Source: an uncultured Bacilli bacterium (GTDB taxonomy: Bacteria > Bacillota_I > Bacilli_A > RF39 > UBA660). Taken from it: a stretch of 64,000 nucleotides of DNA. The notes beneath the pieces are model-generated. The model was not told the origin of the DNA, made no database searches, and was given only the letters and a program-made list of their open reading frames with translations. Within the stretch, counting starts at the first letter, position 1; every line of letters begins with the position of its first letter. A program made the translations under genes and the position numbers. The stretch lies in contig CAKPEZ010000001.1 of assembly GCA_934149465.1 (NCBI GenBank), positions 135,178-199,177 of the forward strand, read 5' to 3'. Shown piece by piece: positions 1 through 9,577 of the stretch.

Positions 1-37
1 GCTAAAAAAAAACGTTTTATAAACGTTCTTTTTTTAT

Positions 38-610
38 TTATGCAACATTGTCAGTAACTGATGCAGTTAAATTAAAACTGTATGGTTGTTTTTGCATTTT
101 GTTAGGAGTAACTCCATCATGTTCAGTACCATCAATCCATAAATATAATGTATAAGTACCACTACTATTAGCAGCAAGATCTTGGGCAGTTGGAGTAAGG
201 TTAATTACATCTCCTTGCTTACTTGAACCAAAATTACCTTCACTAATAGTTGTTCCAGCTCCGTTAACAAAAGCATATTTAAATGAAGTATCAATCAAGT
301 CTGTGCTTAAAGATGTTAATGCTAAACTAAATGTAGCTTTAGCAGCAGTTGAACAAGTTGAAGATAATTTAACAGCTTTTGAATATCCTTTGCTTTTATT
401 ACTTACTGGAATTAAAGTAGAAGAACCAGTAGTAGTTGTTGCAGCTTCTTCAGAAGTAATACAATCAGTAAGACCTTGAACAGTAAATGTTACCCCAGTA
501 GCCTCATCACTAGCACTTTGCCATGTATACCATGCATAAGTTAAGCTTGTTACAATAACAATAAGAGCAACAACACCTAATATAGTTCCAAAAACTTTCT
601 TTCCTTCCAT
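38..610 (-). CDS. Secreted protein with a SipW-cognate-type (TasA/camelysin-like) N-terminal signal; paralog of the three genes at 48.8-51.5 kb
   Basis: The N-terminus has basic residues, a hydrophobic helix, then TYAWYTW, which resembles the GGTxAxF(S/N)D signal class. The C-terminal YTLYLWIDG motif is shared with ORFs 50969-51523, 50420-50962 and the N-domain of 48792-50414. Confidence 0.45.
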   Translation of the reverse strand: MEGKKVFGTILGVVALIVIVTSLTYAWYTWQSASDEATGVTFTVQGLTDCITSEEAATTTTGSSTLIPVSNKSKGYSKAVKLSSTCSTAAKATFSLALTSLSTDLIDTSFKYAFVNGAGTTISEGNFGSSKQGDVINLTPTAQDLAANSSGTYTLYLWIDGTEHDGVTPNKMQKQPYSFNLTASVTDNVA

Positions 611-707
611 AAATATATACCTCCTCTTATGATAACAGTATATATTATTTAAATCTTTTTTACAAGTATTTTTGAAAATAATTTACTTTTTAAATTGTAT
701 TTTACAT

Positions 708-1058
708 CTAATGACGAGGTTTAAAAATAAGAGTAAGGACAAAGGCCATGACGATCGCAACAGTAATACCAGCTGCAGTTAAGTTAAAAGCACCCATTGC
801 TAAGCCAAGTATTCCTATGTCTTTTGCCATATCCATAGCACCGTGAATTAATAAATGCCCAAAAGAAGTAATAGGAATTAAAGCGCCTGCTCCTGCATAA
901 AGAACTATCTTATCATATAATCCAAATATATCAAGGAATGCCCCAATAACTACAAATAAAGAAGTAACATGTCCTGGAGTAAGCTTAGTATTATCTAGAA
1001 TAATTTGGGATATTAAACAAACAAATCCACAAAAAAGAAATGCATATACGTAAGTCAT
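708..1058 (-). CDS. spoVAEb: Stage V sporulation protein AEb
   Basis: 116 aa. Full-length similarity to B. subtilis SpoVAEb (LTPGHVTSLFVV, AGAGALIPITSFGHLLIHGAM, C-terminal IFKPRH). It follows spoVAD directly. Confidence 0.85.
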   Translation of the reverse strand: MTYVYAFLFCGFVCLISQIILDNTKLTPGHVTSLFVVIGAFLDIFGLYDKIVLYAGAGALIPITSFGHLLIHGAMDMAKDIGILGLAMGAFNLTAAGITVAIVMAFVLTLIFKPRH

Positions 1059-2054
1059 TTAAATCGCCTCCAAACTAATAGCGTGAGCTATTGAAGGAAT
1101 AGTTTGTCTTTGAAATACCATCGTTGGAGAAAAAATAGCACCAGTTGGTACAATAAGTACTTTTTTTAGTTTTTTCTCTTTCATGAGCTTATATATATAG
1201 CCAAAATCTATTAATGCGCTACAAACTGGACCACTTCCACCAGCATGAACATTTTTTTCTTTTTCTAAATCATAAAGCATTGTTCCTGAATCATCATAGT
1301 TCTTAGATATATCAATATTATAACTAGTCTTCATATATTCAGTTAATATTTCTTTTCCATATATTCCTAAATCTCCAGTAATAATTAAATCATAATAATC
1401 AGCGCTTCTATTTAAATCGTCTAAATGATTCTTTATAACACTAGCAGCACCAGGAGCCATAATTGCACCCATATTATTAACATCAGCTATTCCAAGGTCA
1501 GTAACCTTACCAATGGTAGCAGATTCTACTTTTATATCACTTTTTTCACTTGTAAGTAAAAGTGAAACTGCTCCAGTTGCCGTAAAAGTAGTTGATTTTG
1601 GTTTTGGAGATCCATACTCAGTCGGATTTCTAAATTGCTTTTCTGCAACCATATTATGTGAACTAACAGAACAAATAATATTTTTAAACTTACCACCATC
1701 AATAAAATTGCTTGCTATTAAAATCGCTTCTGCACAAGTAGCGCAAGCATTATACACACCTAAAAAAGGAATATCAATATCACGGTAAGCATAATCAGAA
1801 GCTGCTATTTGATTTTGTAAATCTCCTGATATTCCAACATCAATGTCTTTAAATGATAATTTACTTTTCTTAAGCAATAGATTAATACTGTCTTTTAATA
1901 GCTTTACTTCAGCAAGTTCAAAACTCTTTTCACCAAAATACATATCTTTAGCGTATTTTAGATCAAAATACTTTGCATAAGGGCCATCTTTTTCATAAGG
2001 TCCAACTACTAAAGAAGTATTTTTCAGATAAACATTATTATATTTTATTGTCAT
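1059..2054 (-). CDS. spoVAD: Stage V sporulation protein AD
   Basis: 331 aa. Thiolase-like SpoVAD hallmarks are present (EKDGPYAKYFD, NACATCAEAILIAS, HNMVAEKQFRNPTEYG, HAGGSGPVCSA, SPTMVFQRQTIPSIAH). Confidence 0.85.
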   Translation of the reverse strand: MTIKYNNVYLKNTSLVVGPYEKDGPYAKYFDLKYAKDMYFGEKSFELAEVKLLKDSINLLLKKSKLSFKDIDVGISGDLQNQIAASDYAYRDIDIPFLGVYNACATCAEAILIASNFIDGGKFKNIICSVSSHNMVAEKQFRNPTEYGSPKPKSTTFTATGAVSLLLTSEKSDIKVESATIGKVTDLGIADVNNMGAIMAPGAASVIKNHLDDLNRSADYYDLIITGDLGIYGKEILTEYMKTSYNIDISKNYDDSGTMLYDLEKEKNVHAGGSGPVCSALIDFGYIYKLMKEKKLKKVLIVPTGAIFSPTMVFQRQTIPSIAHAISLEAI

Positions 2055-2055
2055 A

Positions 2056-2508
2056 TTATCCTCCCATTACCAAAAGTCTAATAATTCCAAACAAGTAAAC
2101 AGAAACTATTCCATAAAGAATTACTGTTCCAGATAGTTTAAAAATATTAGCGCCTATTCCAAGCACTAATCCTTCATTTTTATATTCTAAGGCTGCACTA
2201 GTCATAGAATGAGCAAATCCAGTAATAGGAATAATAAGCGCACTCTTAAAAATAGTAACAATACTATCAAAAATACCAAAAGCAGTAAGAAGTGAAGCAA
2301 TAATTATTAAAGTAAGTATAACTAAAATTCCAGATTCTTTTCTTGGTAAATTCAAATAAAAAGAATAAATATTTAAAAGAAGTTCACTTAATGCTCCTAA
2401 GACTCCTCCACTAAAAAAGACTATTAAAGAATTTTTTAATCTATCCTCTTTAGGAGTAATTTTATCAACCAATTCCTGATAATTTTTCTTATTCATAATA
2501 TTCACCAT
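2056..2508 (-). CDS. spoVAC: Stage V sporulation protein AC
   Basis: 150-aa membrane protein. LTLIIIASLLTAFGIFDSI and IPITGFAHSMTSAALEYKNEGLVLGIGANIFKLSGTVILYG align with B. subtilis SpoVAC. Confidence 0.85.
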   Translation of the reverse strand: MVNIMNKKNYQELVDKITPKEDRLKNSLIVFFSGGVLGALSELLLNIYSFYLNLPRKESGILVILTLIIIASLLTAFGIFDSIVTIFKSALIIPITGFAHSMTSAALEYKNEGLVLGIGANIFKLSGTVILYGIVSVYLFGIIRLLVMGG

Positions 2509-2565
2509 TAATATTATTGCATCAAAATTAAAAACTATACAAAAAAACTAGAATTAGTTAAAATC

Positions 2566-2823
2566 CTAGTTATCCTTATGTTCTTCAAAAAAATACTGAA
2601 TCTTTATTTCCAAAGCTTTCGCAATACGATTAATTGTATCTATTGAAAAATATTTATCACCTTTTTTAGATTCAATTCGTCTAATAAACTCATGCGATAA
2701 ATCAACTTTTTCGGCTAATTCTATTTGAGTCAGACCTTTCTTTTTACGGTAATATTTTATATTTTTGGAAATTGTTTCATAAATATTATTACTGTCATCA
2801 CTTCGTTTGATTTTCATAAACAA
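2566..2823 (-). CDS. XRE-family helix-turn-helix transcriptional regulator
   Basis: 85 aa. Carries the LTQIELAEKVDLSHEFIRRIESKK HTH_3 motif. Sits between sigF and spoVAC. Confidence 0.6.
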   Translation of the reverse strand: MFMKIKRSDDSNNIYETISKNIKYYRKKKGLTQIELAEKVDLSHEFIRRIESKKGDKYFSIDTINRIAKALEIKIQYFFEEHKDN

Positions 2824-2880
2824 TCACCTTTATAAGATAATTCTCTCATAATTTGACTTTTTTGTATGTAAACCAGTAAT

Positions 2881-3549
2881 TCACATTTGATAATTTGTTT
2901 TTATTCTTTTTAATATCTTTTTTTCATTTCTAGATACTTGAACCTGATTAACTCCTAAAATATCAGCAACCTCTTGTTGAGTTTTATCCATGTAATAGCG
3001 ATATCTTATTAATTCTTGTTCTTTTTCTGGTAAAGATGCTATTTCATCTTTTAAAAAAAGATAATCAATACTTGGCATGTCATTATTACTAGAAACAGTA
3101 TTATATAAAGTAAACTCATCTTCCCCATTTATTGAGCTATCTAAACTTTCAATATAATACATAGAAGCTTTAAGGTCATCAACTATTTTTTCATCTATTT
3201 CTAAAAAATGAGCTATCTCATAATTAGTAGGTTTTCTCATTAATTTTTGTTCTAAAATATTTTCTGTTTTAGAAATATTTTTAATTATTTTATTATAATC
3301 TCGCCCCATTTTAATTAAATGATCATTCATGATATATTTTTTTATTTCTCCTTCAATATACATGTAGGCATAAGTTGAGAATTTAGTATTGTAATTAGAG
3401 TCAAAGTTCTTATATGCATTAATCAAACCAATCATCCCCACTTGATAAAGATCCTCTCTATTATTTGAGTTTCCATATTTCTTTACTAAGGAATAAATAA
3501 GCCGACTATTTTCCACAACTATATCTTCTAAATTATTCATTTTGATCAC
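2881..3549 (-). CDS. sigF: Sporulation sigma factor, SigF-like
   Basis: Region 2 (DLYQVGMIGLINAYKNFD, FSTYAYMYIEGEI) and region 4 (TQQEVADILGVNQVQVSRNEKKILKRIK) closely match SigF. Its position upstream of spoVA matches the B. subtilis spoIIA-spoVA arrangement. Confidence 0.75.
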   Translation of the reverse strand: MIKMNNLEDIVVENSRLIYSLVKKYGNSNNREDLYQVGMIGLINAYKNFDSNYNTKFSTYAYMYIEGEIKKYIMNDHLIKMGRDYNKIIKNISKTENILEQKLMRKPTNYEIAHFLEIDEKIVDDLKASMYYIESLDSSINGEDEFTLYNTVSSNNDMPSIDYLFLKDEIASLPEKEQELIRYRYYMDKTQQEVADILGVNQVQVSRNEKKILKRIKTNYQM

Positions 3550-3863
3550 CTTTCTAATAGATTAAGTGCTGTTACATCATCTTTGACTGATACAATATCT
3601 AAATAAAATAATTTATGAGATAATTCTCTTTCTACATTCCCACACAAAATAAATTTTCCATTATTTTGCATGATTAGATTATAATTATAAGTAACGAAAC
3701 AGATCTTTTCATAGTCATTAATACATAACGATTCTAATTTTAAAACCAAGTATTTAATACCTGCTATAGTAATAATATTTTTTAATTCGTGATAAGAAGT
3801 ATTTTCCAAAGAAGCAAAAAGAATTCCACTTTTATAATAAATACTAATGACCTCCCGCTTCAA
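3546..3863 (-). CDS. STAS-domain anti-sigma-factor antagonist-like protein (SpoIIAA-like)
   Basis: 105 aa. Aligns along its length to SpoIIAA (GIKYLVLKLESLCINDYEKICFV against HIVLNLEDLSFMDSSGLGVI; C-terminal GKFILCGNV...LFYLDIVSVKDDVTALNLL). The phospho-Ser position is Tyr. It overlaps the sigF start by 4 nt. Confidence 0.45.
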   Translation of the reverse strand: MKREVISIYYKSGILFASLENTSYHELKNIITIAGIKYLVLKLESLCINDYEKICFVTYNYNLIMQNNGKFILCGNVERELSHKLFYLDIVSVKDDVTALNLLER

Positions 3864-3926
3864 TAATATTTAAGCATATTTTAAATAAATTTTATACTCA
3901 TTCGACATATCTTTTCAAAAAAATCA

Positions 3927-4976
3927 TCACCCATTTTTCGCTAGTTTTTTTATTTTAAGAATAGCTATAAAATTTATTACAATAATAAGGAGGAAAAAGT
4001 AAATAATAAGATTATTTTTCTTAGGATAAATATATTTTTCTTTTGATATAGTCTCAATATTAGTTTTTTCTTTAATTATAGTTTCATAGAAAGGAATTTT
4101 TTTAGTTATATAATTAGTTATATAATAAGGTCTATCAATATATACTTTTTCAATAAATGAATTTTCCTTTATTTGATAACTAATTTGATACAAAGAAGGA
4201 TCTTTAGTATATCCATCTAAATCCTCATAATATCCATCTTGATATTCCCTATTTATTTTGTAATAATAAACATATTTTTTCCTTATTCCACAAACATCTT
4301 GCATTCCTTCAAAACCAGTAAAATCAAAGTTCGTTATTTCGTCTTCTAAATATATCTTAGAAGAATATCTTCTATTTCTAATATCTTTCTTTTCCAAGGA
4401 ATAATCTAAATAACCATATATTATCTTTTCTATGATTGGAGCATATGATAACTCTAATTTATCAGTTAGTTCTATTCTATAATTTACTTGATTTATACTT
4501 TTAAAGTTTAAACTCTCTAATTCGTAAGAGTTATCTAACGTTAAAATAGCTTCACTAGATGGCTCAATAATTCCTAAAGAAATAGAATTATCATAAGTAT
4601 ATTTAATTTCTTTGCTATTAGAAAATACTTTAAATTTATTTAGATCAAATTCTTTATCCCAAGTAATTATCTTGATATATTTAACAGGATTAATTTTTTT
4701 ATATTTATTAACCTTTTTCTTAATAACAAGATCTACTCCATTGTCCTCACATTTATTGTTCCACTTGCAAACTTCATCATAATAATAATTATCTAAATCA
4801 GAATAAGGATAATTTTCATCCAAGTCATTCCAATAAAAATATTTTCCCTCTTTAACATCTTTATAAAAACGATATTCTATTTTTAAATTTAGTTTATCAT
4901 CATTTTTATCATAAATAGTCCAAGCTTTTGTTTTTAAAGGTAATATTGTTAATAATAATAGTAAAAATATCTTCAT
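3927..4976 (-). CDS. Hypothetical Tyr/Lys/Asp-rich exported protein with a C-terminal membrane anchor
   Basis: N-terminal signal (MKIFLLLLLTILPLKTKA) and C-terminal TM (LIIYFFLLIIVINFIAILKI). No recognisable domain. Confidence 0.35.
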   Translation of the reverse strand: MKIFLLLLLTILPLKTKAWTIYDKNDDKLNLKIEYRFYKDVKEGKYFYWNDLDENYPYSDLDNYYYDEVCKWNNKCEDNGVDLVIKKKVNKYKKINPVKYIKIITWDKEFDLNKFKVFSNSKEIKYTYDNSISLGIIEPSSEAILTLDNSYELESLNFKSINQVNYRIELTDKLELSYAPIIEKIIYGYLDYSLEKKDIRNRRYSSKIYLEDEITNFDFTGFEGMQDVCGIRKKYVYYYKINREYQDGYYEDLDGYTKDPSLYQISYQIKENSFIEKVYIDRPYYITNYITKKIPFYETIIKEKTNIETISKEKYIYPKKNNLIIYFFLLIIVINFIAILKIKKLAKNG

Positions 4977-5077
4977 TTTTTATCTCCTTCACTATTATTA
5001 TTCTCTATTAAAATGTTATTTCCTTTTTAAAGTAAAAAAAAATAATATCTTTTTTTCAAAAGATATTATTAAAAATC

Positions 5078-5368
5078 TTATTTATTATCATTATTATTAA
5101 CGGTGGGTGCTTTTTCTTTTGGCATATTCCAAGAAGGAACAAATTCAATCAGATTATTGATGCTTTCTCTTTTATAAGTAAATACCTTATAGCCAAGGCC
5201 TAAACATTCATCAACAGTACCATCATCATAAGTATAAGTTTTCATTCTCGTACAAAAAGTAGCACTTTCTCCTTTTTTTACACGGGAATAATCAACTACT
5301 ACTAAGAAAAACCATACTATAAAAAATAACAATACTCCATATTCTAGAATTTTAGCAAATAACTTCAT
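5078..5368 (-). CDS. Hypothetical small membrane protein
   Basis: 96 aa with one N-terminal TM. Confidence 0.3.
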   Translation of the reverse strand: MKLFAKILEYGVLLFFIVWFFLVVVDYSRVKKGESATFCTRMKTYTYDDGTVDECLGLGYKVFTYKRESINNLIEFVPSWNMPKEKAPTVNNNDNK

Positions 5369-5388
5369 TTTTCTTCCTCCAATTTATA

Positions 5389-6069
5389 TTATAATTTAAA
5401 TAAAATACCTCTCAAAATAAAAGCACAAGTTAATGAAATAATTATAAGAATGCAAACAAGATTATAATTCATAACATTACTTTGAATATTACCACTTTTA
5501 ATAGTATCTTGCTTTAGTTCTTTTGATTTTAGTTCTTCTTGTTTAAAAGAAGAAATGTTAACATCTTCTTTTTTTAAAGTTTTAAATCTATTTGTATTAA
5601 AAAGATCATCAACTTCTTTTCTAGGAGACTCCTTAATTTCTAACAAATTATTAATAGTAATATTACTAGGTATTTGCTTATGAAACCAATTAGTAAAAGT
5701 AGAATATTCACTTTGAATATTAATAATATTAGATATTTCTAAAGTAGTATATCCCATTTTAAGAAATATCTTAGTAGCATCATTAACAGTATCACTAATA
5801 TTATTAGCGTCTTTTATAAAAAGGGATTCTTCTAAATAAGCATTCTTGGTAAAAGGAATAAGGGTAACATAAGGATAATTATCACTCGCTTTACATAAAG
5901 AAGACATTTTTTTATTAGATAAATTATTTTCTAAATATATATTAAATTTAATTAATTTCTTCTTAGTCCGAGGAATAGTTAATAAATAAACTAATTTATT
6001 TTCTTCTATTACAGCATATATATCTATATTAGAAAGAGTACTAATCTTTTTTAAAACATTCTTATTCAT
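5389..6069 (-). CDS. Hypothetical protein with a C-terminal TM anchor
   Basis: 226 aa. Hydrophobic segment at the C-terminus; no motif recognised. Confidence 0.3.
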   Translation of the reverse strand: MNKNVLKKISTLSNIDIYAVIEENKLVYLLTIPRTKKKLIKFNIYLENNLSNKKMSSLCKASDNYPYVTLIPFTKNAYLEESLFIKDANNISDTVNDATKIFLKMGYTTLEISNIINIQSEYSTFTNWFHKQIPSNITINNLLEIKESPRKEVDDLFNTNRFKTLKKEDVNISSFKQEELKSKELKQDTIKSGNIQSNVMNYNLVCILIIISLTCAFILRGILFKL

Positions 6070-6120
6070 AGGCTCAAACTACCACATCCTAAATAAATTA
6101 TAACATGAATTTTAAAGAAA

Positions 6121-6148
6121 ATATCTAAAAATGCATTTTTTTAGATAT
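6121..6148. terminator. Near-perfect 28-bp AT-rich palindrome at the topA 3' end
   Basis: atatctaaaaatgcatttttttagatat overlaps the topA stop codon. It could act as a bidirectional terminator. Confidence 0.35.
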
Positions 6149-8190
6149 TAACTATCTTTTTCTTTAGTATAATCACAGTTATAGCACTTAATAGAATCTT
6201 TTTTCTCAAGTAAAATGCTTTGACATTTTGGACATTTTTCTGAAAGTGGCTTATCCCAAGAAGCAAAATCACATTTTGGATAATTTTCACAGCCATAAAA
6301 AATCTTTGATCTTTTAGTTGTTTTTTCAATAATATTACCGCCACATTTAGGACAAGTTCCTACTACTTTCTTTTCTTTAATAGGAGTATCTTTTTTTATA
6401 TATTTACAAGTTGGATAATTACTACAAGCAGTAAATTTTCCATATCTACCTTGTCTTATTACTAAAGGACTATTACAAAGAGGACATAACTCTCCTGTTT
6501 CTTTAGCTTTTTCTTTTTCCATATTATGAAAAGCATTTTCTACTTGTGGCTCAAAATCTTTATAAAATCTTTCAAGTAGTAAATACCAAACTAAATTACC
6601 TTCAGCAATTTTATCAAGATCATCTTCCATCTCTTTAGTATATTCAACATTAATAATATTCTTAAAAAACTCTTGAAGTTTATCTGTTATTATAATTCCT
6701 ACTTCAGTTGGAACAAATTTCTTATCTAAAACCTTAACATAATCTCTTTCTTTTAAAGTATCTATTGTCTTAGCATAAGTAGATGGCCTTCCTATTCCAA
6801 GTTCTTCCATCTCTTTTATTAATTTACTTTCTGTATAACGAAGAGGAGGCTTAGTGAAATGAGAAGAATATTCTATTTTTACAGCAGTAATTTCTTTATT
6901 TTGATAATTATCTAAAGAAGGAAGAACCTTATCCTCACTGCTTTCATAGTCTTTATAAACTTTTAAATATCCATCAAATACTAATACTTGACCACTCGTT
7001 TTAAATAAATAATCATTATTATAAAGAGTTACAGAAGTAACTTCTACTTTAGCATCTTTCATTAAAGAAGAAAGTGCTCTTTCATAGATAAGCTTATATA
7101 ATTTATATTCATCTTGAGATAAATATTCCTTAATACTTTCTGGGGTTCTCAAAATAGAAGTTGGTCTAATAGCTTCATGGGCATCTTGAACGTTTTCCGT
7201 TTTCTTAGCTTTCTTTACATAACCAATATAATTAGCACCATAGTTATTTTCAATATACTTAAAAGTACTTCCTACAAACTCTTCACTAAGACGAACAGAA
7301 TCAGTACGCATATAAGTAATTAATCCGACTGTTTCATTAGCAAGAGAAATACCTTCATATAACTTTTGTGCAAGCATCATTGTCTTCTTAGAAGTAAAGT
7401 TAAGTTTAGTAGATGCTAATTGCTGAAGGGTTGAAGTAGTAAAAGGATAAACTGCAGTTTTATTCTTTTCTTTCTTAGTAATATCAGCAATATTAAAAGT
7501 ATTACTTAAACTGCTTAATATTTCTTTAGCTTTATTCTCATCTTTAAGTTCTACCTTTTTATTTTTATAACTATCTAATTTAGCAGAGAAATCTTTAAAA
7601 TAAGCATCTATTTCAAAATACTCTTCTTCTTTAAAAGCACTTATTTCTCTTTCTCTATCAACAATAAGCTTTAAAGCAACGCTTTGAACTCTACCAGCAG
7701 ATTTTCCACCAGTTTTTGACTGCATTAATTTACTTAAGCGAAAACCAATAATTCGATCAAGAATTCTTCTTGTTTCTTGAGAATGAACTAAATTGTCATC
7801 AATTAATCTAGCACTATCAAAAGATTTTATAATAGCGTCTTTGGTAATTTCGTTAAAAACAATTCTTTTATAATTATCTTTTAATCCTAAAACATCATAT
7901 AAATGCCAAGATATAGCTTCTCCTTCCCTATCAGGGTCGGTAGCAAGATAAACAAAAGAAGAATCCTTTACATCTTTTTTCAATTCATTAATTATTTTTT
8001 TCTTTCCTTTTATTGGAACATAATCTGGTTTAAAATGATCATCTATATTAACACCAAGACCATATTTTCCAGTTGTTGATAAATCTCTAATATGACCAAC
8101 TGAAGATACTACTTTATAATCATCACCTAAATATTTACTAATAGTTTTTGTTTTATTAGGAGATTCTACTATTACTAATTTTTTACTCAT
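6148..8190 (-). CDS. topA: DNA topoisomerase I
   Basis: 680 aa. Toprim N-terminus (LVIVESPNKTKTISKYLG), catalytic core, and three C-terminal C4 zinc ribbons (CPLC...C..YPTC, CPKCGG, CPKC). Confidence 0.9.
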   Translation of the reverse strand: MSKKLVIVESPNKTKTISKYLGDDYKVVSSVGHIRDLSTTGKYGLGVNIDDHFKPDYVPIKGKKKIINELKKDVKDSSFVYLATDPDREGEAISWHLYDVLGLKDNYKRIVFNEITKDAIIKSFDSARLIDDNLVHSQETRRILDRIIGFRLSKLMQSKTGGKSAGRVQSVALKLIVDREREISAFKEEEYFEIDAYFKDFSAKLDSYKNKKVELKDENKAKEILSSLSNTFNIADITKKEKNKTAVYPFTTSTLQQLASTKLNFTSKKTMMLAQKLYEGISLANETVGLITYMRTDSVRLSEEFVGSTFKYIENNYGANYIGYVKKAKKTENVQDAHEAIRPTSILRTPESIKEYLSQDEYKLYKLIYERALSSLMKDAKVEVTSVTLYNNDYLFKTSGQVLVFDGYLKVYKDYESSEDKVLPSLDNYQNKEITAVKIEYSSHFTKPPLRYTESKLIKEMEELGIGRPSTYAKTIDTLKERDYVKVLDKKFVPTEVGIIITDKLQEFFKNIINVEYTKEMEDDLDKIAEGNLVWYLLLERFYKDFEPQVENAFHNMEKEKAKETGELCPLCNSPLVIRQGRYGKFTACSNYPTCKYIKKDTPIKEKKVVGTCPKCGGNIIEKTTKRSKIFYGCENYPKCDFASWDKPLSEKCPKCQSILLEKKDSIKCYNCDYTKEKDS

Positions 8191-8244
8191 GACATCTTCC
8201 TTTCAATTTATAATATATACTAAAGTTTTAACTAAATGTCAATA

Positions 8245-9519
8245 TTATTCTTGAACTATTCCAAAAATTTTATTATTCTTAATTTCCGTAATTAAAACAG
8301 GATAAACTCTATTAGCAGAATAATTTCCTTTAATATAAATTTTTAAATAATTACTTGTATGAGAAGTAGTGTATTCTCCATTTACTTCTTCTGTTAAAAC
8401 AGATACTTCTTTATATAAGTATTTATTATAATACTCTTTCTCTAACTCATCAGATAGTTCTAATATTTTATGAACTCTTTTTTTCTTAATATCAGCACTT
8501 ATTTGATTAGGCATTAATGCTGCTTTTGTATGATCTCTCATTGAATAAGGAAAAGTATGAATTTTAGTAAATTTAACTTCTTTCAAGAAATTATAAGTTT
8601 CTTCAAAATCTTCATCTGTTTCTCCTGGAAATCCAACAATAAGATCGGTAGTAAGAGAAATATCTGAATCGACTAAACGAATTTGTTTAACTTTATTAAG
8701 AAAATATTCTTTATCGTATTTTCTTTCCATAAGTTTTAATATTTTATCAGATCCAGCTTGTAAAGGAATATGAAAATGCCTTGCAATAATAGGACTTTTT
8801 TTCATTAGATTTAAAAGATCATCAGTTACTTCATTAATTTCTATTGACGATAATCTAAGTCTATATAAATTAGGAATTTCTATTATTTTCTCTATTAAAG
8901 AAGATAAACTAATACCAAGATCTTTTCCATATTTACCAGTATGAATACCTGTTAAAACAATTTCTTTATATCCATTATTAACTAAAGAAGTAATTTCTTC
9001 AATTACTAAAGATGGATCTTTACTTCTAATAGGACCTCTTGTATATGGAATAATACAATAACTACAAAAAGCATCACATCCATCTTGAATCTTAACAAAT
9101 GCTCTCGTATGAGAAGATAAATTTTTTATTTCCATAGATTCAAATTTTTCTTCGCTAAGATCATAAATTCTCTCAATTTTATTTTTATTCCTATAATATT
9201 CATCTATTAATTCAATAATTTTACTTTTATCTTTATTACCTAAAATAATATCAGCATTTTCTGCTTTTTCTGGTTTTATTTGCGTATAACAGCCCATTGC
9301 AATTACTAAAGCATTAGGATTATGTCTTCTTGCTGCATTAATCATCTTTCTACTTTTAGCATCTGATGCATTTGTTACTGTACAAGTATTAACAATATAT
9401 ATATCAGCAACTTCATCAAAAGAAACTATTTCATAACCATTTTCTTTTAATAAAGACATAATATATTCACTTTCATAAATATTTACTTTACATCCTAAAG
9501 TACTAATTCCAACTTTCAT
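8245..9519 (-). CDS. mtaB: Radical-SAM methylthiotransferase of the MiaB/RimO family, MtaB-like
   Basis: 424 aa. MTTase N-domain cysteines (GCKVN, NTCTV), radical-SAM CDAFCSYC motif, C-terminal TRAM-like region. The rsmE neighbourhood resembles B. subtilis yqeU-yqeV. Confidence 0.75.
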   Translation of the reverse strand: MKVGISTLGCKVNIYESEYIMSLLKENGYEIVSFDEVADIYIVNTCTVTNASDAKSRKMINAARRHNPNALVIAMGCYTQIKPEKAENADIILGNKDKSKIIELIDEYYRNKNKIERIYDLSEEKFESMEIKNLSSHTRAFVKIQDGCDAFCSYCIIPYTRGPIRSKDPSLVIEEITSLVNNGYKEIVLTGIHTGKYGKDLGISLSSLIEKIIEIPNLYRLRLSSIEINEVTDDLLNLMKKSPIIARHFHIPLQAGSDKILKLMERKYDKEYFLNKVKQIRLVDSDISLTTDLIVGFPGETDEDFEETYNFLKEVKFTKIHTFPYSMRDHTKAALMPNQISADIKKKRVHKILELSDELEKEYYNKYLYKEVSVLTEEVNGEYTTSHTSNYLKIYIKGNYSANRVYPVLITEIKNNKIFGIVQE

Positions 9520-9577
9520 AAAACACCTCTTAACTAAAAATCTATAATGAATAATTCATTATAGATTTTATATTATA

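Noticed and set aside
1513-1788. Plus-strand ORFs antisense to annotated genes (also 10498-10806, 11705-11890, 13271-13519, 14604-14900, 18865-19122, 27228-27410, 29519-29704, 31886-32068, 34567-34821, 35264-35449, 40089-40356, 49307-49561, 60626-60892, 61229-61441)
   Set aside because: Each lies wholly inside a well-supported gene on the opposite strand. They are low-complexity, have no RBS or motifs, and are typical AT-rich antisense artefacts.
6141-6344. 67-aa ORF overlapping the topA 3' end in another frame
   Set aside because: Fully overlapped by the topA zinc-ribbon coding region, which has clear homology.
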